Assembly: GCA_947588685.1 (NCBI GenBank)
Contig: CANPYM010000022.1
Coordinates: 309 to 64,308 of the forward strand
DNA: 64,000 nucleotides
Source: an uncultured Bacilli bacterium
GTDB taxonomy: Bacteria > Bacillota_I > Bacilli_A > RF39 > UBA660
Direction: 5' to 3'
The notes under the pieces were generated by a model. It did not search any database, had not been told where the DNA came from, and saw nothing but the letters and a program-made list of their open reading frames with translations. The position numbers and the translations under genes are program-made. Shown here piece by piece: positions 1 through 9,516 of this stretch. How positions within the stretch are numbered: the first letter of the stretch is position 1; every line of letters begins with the position of its first letter.

Positions 1-2
1 GC

Positions 3-707
3 TTCCTTGACAGCACTAAAGATGATGTTAGTCAATTAAAAAATAACTGGCAAAAATATGCGGAAGCTGCTGTTCAAGGCATTCTAAACTATATTAATTC
101 TAGTAATGATTTATATGTTGTTAAACCAGGTGATACTTTATATAGTATCGCCCACAAATATAACACCACAGTAAATGAAATTAAAAAGCTTAACAATCTT
201 ATTAGTGATGAATTAAGTGTGGGTCAAAAATTAAAATTGCCAGTTACGCAAATTGAAGGAGAATATTATATCGTCAAGCCGGGCGATACTTTATACTCAA
301 TAGCTTTAAATAATATGCTAACTGTTCTAGAACTTAAAAGGCTTAACAATTTAACAAGTAATGATTTATATGTTGGTCAAAAGCTTCTTTTAAGATCTAA
401 TCAAGAAAATATAAATACTAATAATGAAAACACATATATCGTCCAAGTAGGAGATACATTATATAGTATTGCTAAAAAATATGGTATATCCGTTGATGAA
501 TTAAAACAAGCTAACAATATTACCAATAATTTATTATCAATAGGTCAAAAGTTAATTATTCCGACTTCTAAAAACATATATATTGTAAGACCTGGTGATA
601 CTTTATATCAAATAGCTAGTTTAAATAATACAACAGTTCAAAAACTAAAAGAGCTAAATAACTTATCTAGTGATCTATTATCTGTTGGTCAAAATTTGTT
701 CATATAA
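3..707 (+). CDS. N-acetylmuramoyl-L-alanine amidase-like cell-wall hydrolase with four LysM repeats (5' truncated by window edge)
   Basis: Frame is open from nt 3 (FLDSTKDDVSQLKNNWQKYAEAAVQGILNY, resembling an Amidase_3 C-terminus). It is followed by four Y-x-V-x-x-G-D-T-L-Y-x-I-A LysM units; the ORF track misses the first. LysM is certain, the amidase call less so. Confidence 0.8.
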   Translation, partial: FLDSTKDDVSQLKNNWQKYAEAAVQGILNYINSSNDLYVVKPGDTLYSIAHKYNTTVNEIKKLNNLISDELSVGQKLKLPVTQIEGEYYIVKPGDTLYSIALNNMLTVLELKRLNNLTSNDLYVGQKLLLRSNQENINTNNENTYIVQVGDTLYSIAKKYGISVDELKQANNITNNLLSIGQKLIIPTSKNIYIVRPGDTLYQIASLNNTTVQKLKELNNLSSDLLSVGQNLFI

Positions 708-711
708 ATTG

Positions 712-740
712 AAAAAGCAAGCATTATAGCTTGCTTTTTT
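712..740. terminator. Bidirectional intrinsic terminator
   Basis: AAAAAGCAAGC-attata-GCTTGCTTTTT perfect inverted repeat between convergent genes. Confidence 0.85.
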
Positions 741-1606
741 TACATATTATATCCAGCAATTAATGGGAAGATAAACTTTAAACAAAGGATAATAATAACG
801 ACAATGGCGCCAATAAAGATTATTTTCTTTCTTGTATCAGCTTTATCCATTTGTTTATCACTTAAAACATCATCAGTCAAATTATTGCTTCCACTTGCGT
901 TGCTATCCAAATCTCCAGCATTGAAACTAGGAACAAATCCGCTACCATTGTTTGAATTATCAAGAACAATATCTTGAGTCGTATAAAGTGGTTTGTTTTC
1001 TGGTTGTTGTGGTTGAACATCGGTTATATCTTTTGATTCAATTCCATATAAAGCATTATAATCAAAAGTAACGTCTTTAGCATCGCCCTCACCCTCATCA
1101 TTTACAACAGATTGTTGTACAGGTGTATTATCTACTTTTGCTCCTGACAATCCCGCATTAATATCAGCTATACTTGTAGCTACTGGTCTAATAATAACTT
1201 GTTTTTGAGGCATTGCCATTGTTTGTGGAACAGCCATCTCTTCGCGACTAGCAGCCATTGGATTAGGTGCGACTTGCGTAACTGGTGTTGTTGGTAATGG
1301 TTGTGATACAGCTGGAGCCTGAGGTACAGGAGCAACTGGTGCTTGTGCTACCTGTTGTGCTTGAGGCATAGGACTAGCTGGCACTGGTGCGGCCACAGGT
1401 GCTGGTGACACTTGTTGTGGTATAGGTTGTTGCACAGGCACTTGAGGTACACTCATTTGAGGTTGAACTGGCGCTTGAGGTACGGGACTAACTGGTGTTG
1501 GTGAAGTTACAGGTGCTGGAGCTACTGGACTAGCAGGGGTAGTAGCTGGGCCTGCTGCAAATGGATTCATTTCCATACTGGCATTTTGATTATTATTTTC
1601 ATTCAT
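740..1606 (-). CDS. Pro/Gln/Ala/Val-rich low-complexity protein with a single C-terminal transmembrane helix (hypothetical)
   Basis: 288-aa ORF with SD-like AAAGGGG upstream, a PAPV/QQP-rich N-terminal half and C-terminal hydrophobic IIFIGAIVVIIILCLKFIFPLI. Confidence 0.8.
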   Translation of the reverse strand: MNENNNQNASMEMNPFAAGPATTPASPVAPAPVTSPTPVSPVPQAPVQPQMSVPQVPVQQPIPQQVSPAPVAAPVPASPMPQAQQVAQAPVAPVPQAPAVSQPLPTTPVTQVAPNPMAASREEMAVPQTMAMPQKQVIIRPVATSIADINAGLSGAKVDNTPVQQSVVNDEGEGDAKDVTFDYNALYGIESKDITDVQPQQPENKPLYTTQDIVLDNSNNGSGFVPSFNAGDLDSNASGSNNLTDDVLSDKQMDKADTRKKIIFIGAIVVIIILCLKFIFPLIAGYNM

Positions 1607-1624
1607 ATAACAATCCCCTTTCGA

Positions 1625-2374
1625 TTATGCCGCTTTAGGCGGATTTATATTCTTTTTGACAAGCTGCTTACTTTTAGCTTTTTCTTGAACAGCTTGGTTT
1701 GTATCTTGTGAGATAACTTGATATACACCATCACGCTTCTCTATTGAATACACTACACTATTATCATATATTATTTTGCGATTTAAATCAATATCTACTG
1801 GATGTCCAATTTGTTCTTCAAATGCTTTAGCAACTCTAGCTATTTCTTGTTCTTCGCCATTTTGCTTTGAAATATCAAGGTTACTAGTACTTTGTTCATT
1901 TGGAGTAATCTTAATATTATCTTGCATATATTTGAAAACATCTAAAGAATTACGATTGCCATTTTCTTGAAATTGTTGGTGTTCCTTTTGAACATCACGC
2001 ATTTGATCAGCTATATCACGGGTTTGTTGACCAGTTTCAACAGTACGTACTTCTTTAGTCTCATCATCATAAAATGATGCATATTCTCGGCCATTAACAG
2101 TCGTTTTTTCTAATTTGCTTGTATCTAACTTAGTTTTTTCAGCCTGTTCTTGTTTAATCATCTCTAGTATTTCTTTATAGGCATTATCGTCCATAACAAA
2201 ATATCCATGTGTTCTAATGATACCCAAAAGATTTCGATCAAATTGACGTACTGATGGACTTTTAGTTAGTAACTCATCGACGCTTTTAATGCCTTCTTTT
2301 TTCATATATGCTTCAATTGTTTGTTTAGCAAACTCTTTACCAGTTTTTTGCTTATACATATCAATAATGGACAT
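1625..2374 (-). CDS. Hypothetical protein; probable distant paralog of 45488..46564
   Basis: 249-aa ORF, SD GAGGTG, extended -10 TGTTATAAT upstream; no family recognised. Confidence 0.75.
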   Translation of the reverse strand: MSIIDMYKQKTGKEFAKQTIEAYMKKEGIKSVDELLTKSPSVRQFDRNLLGIIRTHGYFVMDDNAYKEILEMIKQEQAEKTKLDTSKLEKTTVNGREYASFYDDETKEVRTVETGQQTRDIADQMRDVQKEHQQFQENGNRNSLDVFKYMQDNIKITPNEQSTSNLDISKQNGEEQEIARVAKAFEEQIGHPVDIDLNRKIIYDNSVVYSIEKRDGVYQVISQDTNQAVQEKAKSKQLVKKNINPPKAA

Positions 2375-2470
2375 ATTCCACCTCTATTATTAATGACATT
2401 ATAACATATTACTCTATTTAGGATAAGCTATAAAAACAAAATAATACCTTAAAAGACACAAATTTTACAC

Positions 2471-2496
2471 AAAAAAAGCTAGTAAATATACTAGCT
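2471..2496 (-). terminator. htpG intrinsic terminator
   Basis: AGCTAGTA-tatt-TACTAGCT followed by a T run on the minus strand, overlapping the htpG stop. Confidence 0.8.
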
Positions 2497-4375
2497 ATTT
2501 AGAAATCATATCACAAACAATATTACTTATCTCCGTAGGATTATCCAAAGGAAGGCCTTCAATTAACCGAGCTTGAGCATATAAAACTTTAGTATACTTC
2601 TCTAAAGCATCTTTATCGCTTGTATATAAATCCTTTAATTTTTGCGCTATTGGATGACTTTCATTTATTTCTAGGATAGCTGAAGCCTTAATTTTATCTT
2701 CTGTTGGCATAGCACGCATTACCTTTTCCATTTCAATAGAAACAGGTCCTTCCGTAGTTAGACATACTGGATGTTTTTTAAGACGGCTTGTAAAACGAAC
2801 ATCATGAACATCGTCACCCAAAGTTTTATGCATAAGTTCAAGTAAGTCTTTATTGTCCTTGTTCTCTTTTTCAATTTTCTTACTATCTTCTTCATCATCA
2901 AGACTTAAGCCTTCACTAGAAACATTAGCAAACTCTTTGTTATCATAGTTCATCATAGCTTGAATAGCGAACTCATCGACATATTCCGTTAAATATAAAA
3001 CATCTAAATCTTTTTCTTTGAATTGTTCAATTTGTGGCATTAAATCAATCTTATCTTTAGATTCACCACAAGCATAATAAATCTTGTCTTGATCATCTTT
3101 CATATTGGCAACATATTCTTTTAAAGTAATTAATTTCTTTTCTTTAGAAGAATAGAAAAGTAATAGATCTTGTAATTCATCTTTGTGAATGCCAAAGTCA
3201 TTATAAACGCTAAACTTTAGTTGCATACCAAAGGCATCAAAAAACTTTTCATAATTTTCTCGATCGTTCTCTAACATATCTTCAAGTTCTTTTTTGATTT
3301 TCTTCTCAATATTTTTAGCAATTAATTGAACTTGATGATCCTTTTGAAGAATTTCCCTTGATATATTTAAAGATAAATCACTACTATCAACAAGACCCTT
3401 AACAAAGCTAAAATAATCAGGTAATAACTCCCCACACTTATCCATAATTAAAACGCCATTAGAATATAATTGTAAACCCTTTTCATAATTTTTAGAGTAA
3501 AAATCATATGAAGCATGGTTAGGAATATAAAGTAAGGCATTATAGCTGCATAGTCCTTCCACACTTGTGTGAATCGTCTTAAGTGGGTCTGCATAATCGT
3601 AAAAATTATTGTGGTAGAAGTTATTGTATTCTTCTTCGGTTATTTCACTTTTATTCTTTTTCCAAAGAGGTAACATACTATTAATCGTTTCATTTTGAGT
3701 AATGACCTCATATTCATCTTTGCTACCCTTTTTTAACTGTTCTTTTTCAACATCCATTTTAATTGGATAGCGAATATAATCAGAATACTTTTTAATAATT
3801 TCTTTAACTTTATTAGCATCTAGATAGTCACTAAACTTATCGTGTTCTGTATCTTCTTTGATAGTAAGAATAATCGTTGTTCCATAACCATCTTTGGTAG
3901 TTTCACTAATAGCGTAACCATCTGCGCCATATGACTCCCACATATTGGCGTCTTTACTACCATAGGCTTTACTTATAACTTGAATATGATCACTAACCAT
4001 AAATGCTGAATAAAAACCGACACCGAATTGACCAATTATATCTACATCTTTCGGTTTATTTTCTTCTTTAAAAGCTAAAGTCCCACTTTTAGCGATAGTT
4101 CCTAAATTGTTTTCTAACTCATCGGCTGTCATACCACAACCGTTATCGCTAATAGTTAAAGTTCTTTTTTCTTTATCAATACTAACATTAATAGCAAAGT
4201 CATCAGGATCAACTTTAACTTTTTTATCAGTTAATGAACGATAATGAAGTTTATCAATCGCATCACTAGCATTAGATATTAACTCTCTTATAAATATTTC
4301 TTTATTGGTATAAATTGAATTAATCATTAAATCTAATAATTTTTTAGATTCCGCTTTAAATTGTTTCTTTTTCAT
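2495..4375 (-). CDS. htpG: Molecular chaperone HtpG (Hsp90)
   Basis: KEIFIRELISNASDA, DNGCGMT, IGQFGVGFYS and DLSLNISRE motifs. Start moved to ATG 4375 (MKKKQF) behind SD GGGAG. Confidence 0.97.
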   Translation of the reverse strand: MKKKQFKAESKKLLDLMINSIYTNKEIFIRELISNASDAIDKLHYRSLTDKKVKVDPDDFAINVSIDKEKRTLTISDNGCGMTADELENNLGTIAKSGTLAFKEENKPKDVDIIGQFGVGFYSAFMVSDHIQVISKAYGSKDANMWESYGADGYAISETTKDGYGTTIILTIKEDTEHDKFSDYLDANKVKEIIKKYSDYIRYPIKMDVEKEQLKKGSKDEYEVITQNETINSMLPLWKKNKSEITEEEYNNFYHNNFYDYADPLKTIHTSVEGLCSYNALLYIPNHASYDFYSKNYEKGLQLYSNGVLIMDKCGELLPDYFSFVKGLVDSSDLSLNISREILQKDHQVQLIAKNIEKKIKKELEDMLENDRENYEKFFDAFGMQLKFSVYNDFGIHKDELQDLLLFYSSKEKKLITLKEYVANMKDDQDKIYYACGESKDKIDLMPQIEQFKEKDLDVLYLTEYVDEFAIQAMMNYDNKEFANVSSEGLSLDDEEDSKKIEKENKDNKDLLELMHKTLGDDVHDVRFTSRLKKHPVCLTTEGPVSIEMEKVMRAMPTEDKIKASAILEINESHPIAQKLKDLYTSDKDALEKYTKVLYAQARLIEGLPLDNPTEISNIVCDMISK

Positions 4376-4398
4376 AATCCATCTCCCTAACAATAAAT

Positions 4399-4427
4399 AT
4401 TGTAATACTATCTTTAGCACTTGTCAA
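4399..4427 (-). promoter_or_regulatory. SigA promoter of htpG
   Basis: TTGACA (4427-4422), 17 nt, TACAAT (4404-4399) on the minus strand. Confidence 0.8.
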
Positions 4428-4440
4428 GTGGAAGTGCTAA
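4414..4440. promoter_or_regulatory. CIRCE element (HrcA operator)
   Basis: TTAGCACTT-N9-AAGTGCTAA perfect inverted repeat (consensus TTAGCACTC-N9-GAGTGCTAA) overlapping the htpG -35 box. Confidence 0.9.
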
Positions 4441-4494
4441 AGGGTGATGACATAATTTATTGCCTAAATCGTATGATATTATAGAGGTATTTAA

Positions 4495-4941
4495 ATGAAA
4501 AAAGTATCTTTAAAACTTTTATCTATTATGCAGTCTTATTATTTTAGCTTTTTTAGCATATTAGCTATTTTATTTACCAATTATAAGGATTTTCCTTTTA
4601 TGAATTATTCTTTTTTAATTGGGCGTAAATTATTTTTTATTACCCTTGCTTTAGAGATAATTTTATTAAATTATGTTTTCCAAAAAAGTGTTATATACCT
4701 AAGGGGTAATGATCATACTCGCTACCAGTTTCACTTACTTTTAATCGTTATATGGAGTTTTCTTTTCTTTACTTATCACGAATATTTATTAAGCTTTTTA
4801 ACTATGCTAGGAAGTTATTTGCTGCTAATTCCTTTATTAAAACTTTTTCATAAAAACAATTCTCAGGCCTTTAAATTAAGTATTATCTATTTTATTTGGC
4901 TTAGTTATTTATTAGGAATTAATTTATTAATACTTTTTTAA
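4495..4941 (+). CDS. TspO/MBR-like integral membrane protein (divergent)
   Basis: About five hydrophobic segments; IWSFLFF and AFKLSIIYFIWLSYLLGIN resemble the TspO W-x-x-L-F-F and P-Y-x-x-W-x-x-F-x-x-x-L-N motifs. Confidence 0.55.
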   Translation: MKKVSLKLLSIMQSYYFSFFSILAILFTNYKDFPFMNYSFLIGRKLFFITLALEIILLNYVFQKSVIYLRGNDHTRYQFHLLLIVIWSFLFFTYHEYLLSFLTMLGSYLLLIPLLKLFHKNNSQAFKLSIIYFIWLSYLLGINLLILF

Positions 4942-4950
4942 GGAGATAAG

Positions 4951-5490
4951 ATGGGATATATTGAATTATTATTTGTTAGTATCGGTTTAGGGATGGATGC
5001 TTGTGCGATGGCTGTATGTAAAGGGCTATGTATGAATAAAATGAACTGGCGTAAAGCATTTATTATTGCCATATATTTTGCGACTTTTCAACTTTTTATG
5101 CCTATTATTGGTTATTATATGGGAAACTATTTAACTTACGTTAAACAGTATGATCACATTATTGCTTTTATTCTTCTTACCCTTTTAGGAATAGGAATGA
5201 TTAAAGAGTCTTTTAATACGTTAGATCAGACATTAGATGATGATGTTAGTTTTAAGAAAATGCTTCTTCCCTCTCTAGCAACAAGTATTGATGCCTTAAC
5301 TGTTGGTATTACCTTTTCCCTATTAGAAGTATCTTTATATCCAGCTGTTATTATCATTTTTGTTGTGACCTTTCTTTTATCCATTTTAGGAACACGTTTA
5401 GGGCAGATTTGTGGAGCTAAATATCACGCTAAAGCCGAACTTGTCGGAGGAATAGTTTTAATTATTATGGGGTTAAAACTATTACTTTAA
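4951..5490 (+). CDS. mntP: Manganese efflux pump MntP family
   Basis: SIGLGMDACAMAV and ATSIDALTVG, the duplicated xMDA/SIDA signature; six TM segments. Confidence 0.88.
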   Translation: MGYIELLFVSIGLGMDACAMAVCKGLCMNKMNWRKAFIIAIYFATFQLFMPIIGYYMGNYLTYVKQYDHIIAFILLTLLGIGMIKESFNTLDQTLDDDVSFKKMLLPSLATSIDALTVGITFSLLEVSLYPAVIIIFVVTFLLSILGTRLGQICGAKYHAKAELVGGIVLIIMGLKLLL

Positions 5491-5533
5491 AAATAATTAT
5501 TTATATTGTATAATCAACTTAAGAGGTGAGATA

Positions 5534-6478
5534 ATGACAGCTGAGATAAAAAAGTTTTTAGAACGCGTTGAAAAATCTAATCCTCAAAATTATCTTTACC
5601 TTTGTCGATTTTATTATCAACCGGAAAAATCTCTTGGATCTAGCGAAGAAGAAACAATCGAGAACTACCAAGATTATGGCGATATTAAAGCACTAGTTTT
5701 AAACCCTAGTTTTTTCCATTTTTTAACTTTACTAGAAAAAGAACCACATTTCTATAGTGGGTTAAGTTTAAACTTACTTAGAAAATTACGTTTTATTCTA
5801 TATGATAGTAAAGAGTTTATTGAAAACTATACTCCGGAATTAACTAATCCAGAATTACAAGCTATCTTTAAAGAACGCAAACCTCTTTCTGAAAGCATCA
5901 TTAAAAAATATAGCCGACTAAATCTTATTAGTTTAGCTGGTATATATTATCAATATGCTTGGATATATGATTTAGATATTTCAAAGAAAGTATTAGATAA
6001 GATTAATGTTACTACCTTAGATAATTTACTTTTTTACTTAGCTTTAAGATATGATTTTAAATATTCGCATGAGGTAGAGCCATTAAAAGAAAAAGAGCGT
6101 ATCTATAATCGCATCAAAAATGATGATTATAGTGACTTCCAAAATTGTTTATTAGCTAAATATGAAGGTAGTAGTAATATTGCTTTCCGTTATTTGGTCT
6201 GCGAAAATGCCTTTCTTGATGTCGTTCAAAATGATTTATTACCGCAATATCTTCCTAAAGTTGTCATTGAACACATTATTGAAATATTGACAATTAGTGT
6301 TGACTTCAAAACGATGAATGCCAAATATGAAAACTTTTGGGCATTGTATGAATCTTTGGGCAAAGAAAGGCTTAAAAACTTTGACTATGAGCGGGCTAAA
6401 AAACTAATTACTTTATTACAGTCTAAAATGGAGCAGCCCAAACTTAAAATTATTAAAGGAAGTAAAAAGCCACAATAA
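5534..6478 (+). CDS. Hypothetical protein
   Basis: 314-aa ORF with SD GAGGTG and TGTATAAT upstream; no motif recognised. Confidence 0.7.
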   Translation: MTAEIKKFLERVEKSNPQNYLYLCRFYYQPEKSLGSSEEETIENYQDYGDIKALVLNPSFFHFLTLLEKEPHFYSGLSLNLLRKLRFILYDSKEFIENYTPELTNPELQAIFKERKPLSESIIKKYSRLNLISLAGIYYQYAWIYDLDISKKVLDKINVTTLDNLLFYLALRYDFKYSHEVEPLKEKERIYNRIKNDDYSDFQNCLLAKYEGSSNIAFRYLVCENAFLDVVQNDLLPQYLPKVVIEHIIEILTISVDFKTMNAKYENFWALYESLGKERLKNFDYERAKKLITLLQSKMEQPKLKIIKGSKKPQ

Positions 6479-6504
6479 AAGTAATGCAATGCATTACTTT
6501 TATT
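6474..6504. terminator. Bidirectional intrinsic terminator
   Basis: AATAAAAGTAATGC-aat-GCATTACTTTTATT 14-bp perfect inverted repeat between convergent genes. Confidence 0.8.
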
Positions 6505-6536
6505 GGTTGTATTATAAATAGTGCTGGTTTATCTTT

Positions 6537-7376
6537 CTAATCAAACAACTTTTTGATAATCAAATCTTGTGAATGTAAATTATTATTTTTACCCAATAGT
6601 AAATTTTCATAAAATTTAATTAAATAACTATTATCTTCTTTTATATTTAAATAATTATTAAAATAATTGCTTCTTACTAAGGCATTTCTAAAATATACTG
6701 ATTTATCTTTAAACAAAGTATTATCTACTTCATATCCTAGATTTATTAAATATTTTTCTATAAATACTGCTGTGGTTCTTGTATTTCCTTCTCTAAAAGG
6801 ATGTACTTGCCAAATATTTGATGAAAAATTAGTTATGTTATTAATTACTTCAACAATACTCATTTCTTCATAGTTTTTTCCTTTTTCTAGTGACATATCA
6901 TAATCTAGTGATTCTTTTAATGTTTTATAATCACCATAAGCTACTGAATCATTATTTAATATTTTTTCATGTTTAGAAAAATCTATTTTTCTAAATTCTC
7001 CAGCGAATTCATAAACATCTTGAAATAAATATTTATGAACATACTTGAAATAATCAACAGATAGTTCGAAATTATCAATTTGCAATAATTCTACAATTCT
7101 AGTAGAAACTAAGTCGCATTCCATTTCGTTATGATTTATATCATTTTGTTTTTCTTTTTCAATGTAGTATTCTTTTAAATCCTTTTCTACCTGTTCTATA
7201 GTTAGATTCCCTTCTACATTGTCCGTAACAAGTTTTTCAAAATACTTAGACGGCTTTAAATTATCTACTTCTTGAAGACCAATTGCCATATCCCATTGTA
7301 ATTGTTTAACATAATTGCTGGATTTATATTCTTCTTCATATTTATTGATACTAGAATCTAATTCTTTTTCACTCAT
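6537..7376 (-). CDS. Fic-domain protein with N-terminal VbhA-like inhibitory helix
   Basis: HPFREGNTRT Fic motif; N-terminal WDMAIGLQEVDNLKPS; SD AGGAGG. Confidence 0.9.
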   Translation of the reverse strand: MSEKELDSSINKYEEEYKSSNYVKQLQWDMAIGLQEVDNLKPSKYFEKLVTDNVEGNLTIEQVEKDLKEYYIEKEKQNDINHNEMECDLVSTRIVELLQIDNFELSVDYFKYVHKYLFQDVYEFAGEFRKIDFSKHEKILNNDSVAYGDYKTLKESLDYDMSLEKGKNYEEMSIVEVINNITNFSSNIWQVHPFREGNTRTTAVFIEKYLINLGYEVDNTLFKDKSVYFRNALVRSNYFNNYLNIKEDNSYLIKFYENLLLGKNNNLHSQDLIIKKLFD

Positions 7377-7657
7377 TCAAGTACCTCCTATCTAATTGAG
7401 ACATAGTCAAATCATAAATTGTTGCCTATATATGTTACAATAAACTTTTTATTAATGGCTCATTAACACTAAATTCAAAAAACTATTACGAATATGTATT
7501 TATGATTAATATTTAAGTTTAATCTTTATTACCCATATAATTATCATTTATTTCGTAATAATATTATAGCATTTCGTTACAATTAAGTAAATCAAAGTTA
7601 CACTCAAAATAAGTGGTATTTTTGAATGTACTACTTAGAATATAGTATTTAATATCT

Positions 7658-7856
7658 TTACTCCAATAATTCCATTAAAAGTCTAATTATAGCAACTGGA
7701 TTATCACTTATCAATTCTTTGAAATCATTAGACATCTTTTTCGCTTCTTCTAATTTTTGCTTTCTTCATGTAAATAATTTGCATTTGTTTCAGAAAATAA
7801 TAAATCTTGGTATTTTACCAAATAATCTAAATTGCATTTGTTCTCACTGCAACATT
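7658..7856 (-). pseudogene. Possible frameshifted gene remnant
   Basis: Protein-like text in two frames joined by one frameshift (CNLDYLVKYQDLLFSETNANYLHEE / KQKLEEAKKMSNDFKELISDNPVAIIRLLMELLE*). No start or SD seen; identity unknown. Confidence 0.25.
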
Positions 7857-7904
7857 TTTATTAATTATAATTAAATTTTAATTAATCTTTACTGATTCAT
7901 AACA

Positions 7905-7934
7905 AAAAATCAAAGGTTTTTCACTTTGATTTTT
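7905..7934 (-). terminator. Terminator of the pilus operon
   Basis: AAAAATCAAAG-8 nt-CTTTGATTTTT just downstream of the last sortase. Confidence 0.7.
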
Positions 7935-7947
7935 GTTTTTCTTTATA

Positions 7948-8550
7948 TCATTCATCTAACAATTTCAAACGAACAGTTGCCCGAAAGTTAGCATTACTAG
8001 TCGTACAAGTGAACAAGGTTAAATCCCATTCACCGCTTTCCATTAGCTCGACATCATCTGTAGATAACCGCTCTTTTTTAATGACCTCATATTTAAAGAA
8101 ATGACCATCAATATCTTCAAATAGAACTTGATCACCGAGTTTTAATTTTTGGATATGCTTAAACTGTGAAGCATAACTATGAGCCGCAATAATAGCGTTC
8201 TTTTGATAGATTGTTCCTTTATATAGAACTGGCGCTATCTTCATATTCTTTTCACTATATTCTTCTAAAACTGGTAATTTAATATTAATACTAGGTATCG
8301 TTATAATACCAATATAATTCTTACCATCGATATCAATAGCCGGCATTTTAGTATTACTATCATCTTCATGATTTGTATCAGCACTAGATCTATCTTCAAT
8401 TTGTGCATCAAGTTTATCTAAAATAACTTTGGCTTTTTTCCCACTTAAATAATCCACTGCAAGATTATATATCGTTGTACCTAAAGCAAGCAATATTAAG
8501 GTTATTCCTAAACATCTTAAAATAACTACTAATGTTTTATTCTTCATCAA
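7948..8550 (-). CDS. Sortase (short, lid-less, N-terminal TM anchor)
   Basis: IAAHSY (His), LTLFTCT (TLxTC catalytic Cys) and downstream Arg (FRATVR). Confidence 0.9.
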   Translation of the reverse strand: MMKNKTLVVILRCLGITLILLALGTTIYNLAVDYLSGKKAKVILDKLDAQIEDRSSADTNHEDDSNTKMPAIDIDGKNYIGIITIPSINIKLPVLEEYSEKNMKIAPVLYKGTIYQKNAIIAAHSYASQFKHIQKLKLGDQVLFEDIDGHFFKYEVIKKERLSTDDVELMESGEWDLTLFTCTTSNANFRATVRLKLLDE

Positions 8551-9502
8551 TACTTTTATCTTTCTTTGTATGATTAATCATAATGCTAAGGGCAACTAAT
8601 ACTAAGCCACATCCCAAAAGAACTGGAACAGGCCACCATACTTGACCCGTTTGCGGTAGATGAGGTAAATTATCCTTATATTTATTTGTAATAATAAAGG
8701 TATTACCATCTCTTTTAATTTCAACATCATATAATTCGCTTATATTCTTCTCTTCTACTTGATAATCAAAAGCATTATCCAAGTTTTCCCAAGTAAAAGT
8801 CCAATTATTAGATGCATCTAATTTTACTTCTTTATATTCATCATAATCATCACTATTTTTAGGAGCCTTTAACAAAGATATAAGTATTTCGTTAGGTCTT
8901 GATGCTGTATGTCCTTTGTCATCCCATACTTTAATTACTTCAATATTAACTAAATTATCATAATCAGCTAAAGCATATTTAGGTTCACTTTTAACATTAT
9001 AAACCCAATTATCACTAATAAGGCTAGGCAAGCTAATAAAGTAATTAATTGGTGTATATAACTGTACGCCATAAACAAGGGGCGTACCTCTAACCAAATA
9101 TAAGCCTTGCTCACATTCATCAAAATTGATAACACCAGCATCATCCGTCACGCCGGATTTAGTTGGCTCAATTTTATTAGCATCAACAAAATCAATAAAA
9201 GTCTTTGGTAGATTTTTCCATTCATTTTCACTTAATTGATTAAAATCGGTATTTAAAGATGCATATGAATCATTAATTGTCATCGCACCATTTTTATCAA
9301 TATCGGCTACTTTATAGATACTAAAGTTTGTCTCACTTAATGGCGTACCATCAGTAGTTTTAAACTCAACCGTAAACGTTACAGAACTATTTAAATCTAC
9401 TTGTGGTGTTTTATTAGTTACATATTCAAGTGCCAAAACATTAGATGTAACAAATAAAAGAGCCATTAAGAACCAAAAACAATAGCTTATTTTTTTCTTC
9501 AT
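8537..9502 (-). CDS. Minor/basal pilin with CnaB-type domain and LPQTG sorting signal
   Basis: Signal peptide; WVYNVKSEPK (pilin motif WxxxVxxxPK); IKVWDD...RP...WTFTWENLD...YQVEE CnaB domain; LPQTG followed by TM and basic tail. Confidence 0.9.
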   Translation of the reverse strand: MKKKISYCFWFLMALLFVTSNVLALEYVTNKTPQVDLNSSVTFTVEFKTTDGTPLSETNFSIYKVADIDKNGAMTINDSYASLNTDFNQLSENEWKNLPKTFIDFVDANKIEPTKSGVTDDAGVINFDECEQGLYLVRGTPLVYGVQLYTPINYFISLPSLISDNWVYNVKSEPKYALADYDNLVNIEVIKVWDDKGHTASRPNEILISLLKAPKNSDDYDEYKEVKLDASNNWTFTWENLDNAFDYQVEEKNISELYDVEIKRDGNTFIITNKYKDNLPHLPQTGQVWWPVPVLLGCGLVLVALSIMINHTKKDKSIDEE

Positions 9503-9516
9503 CGAATCACCGCCTT

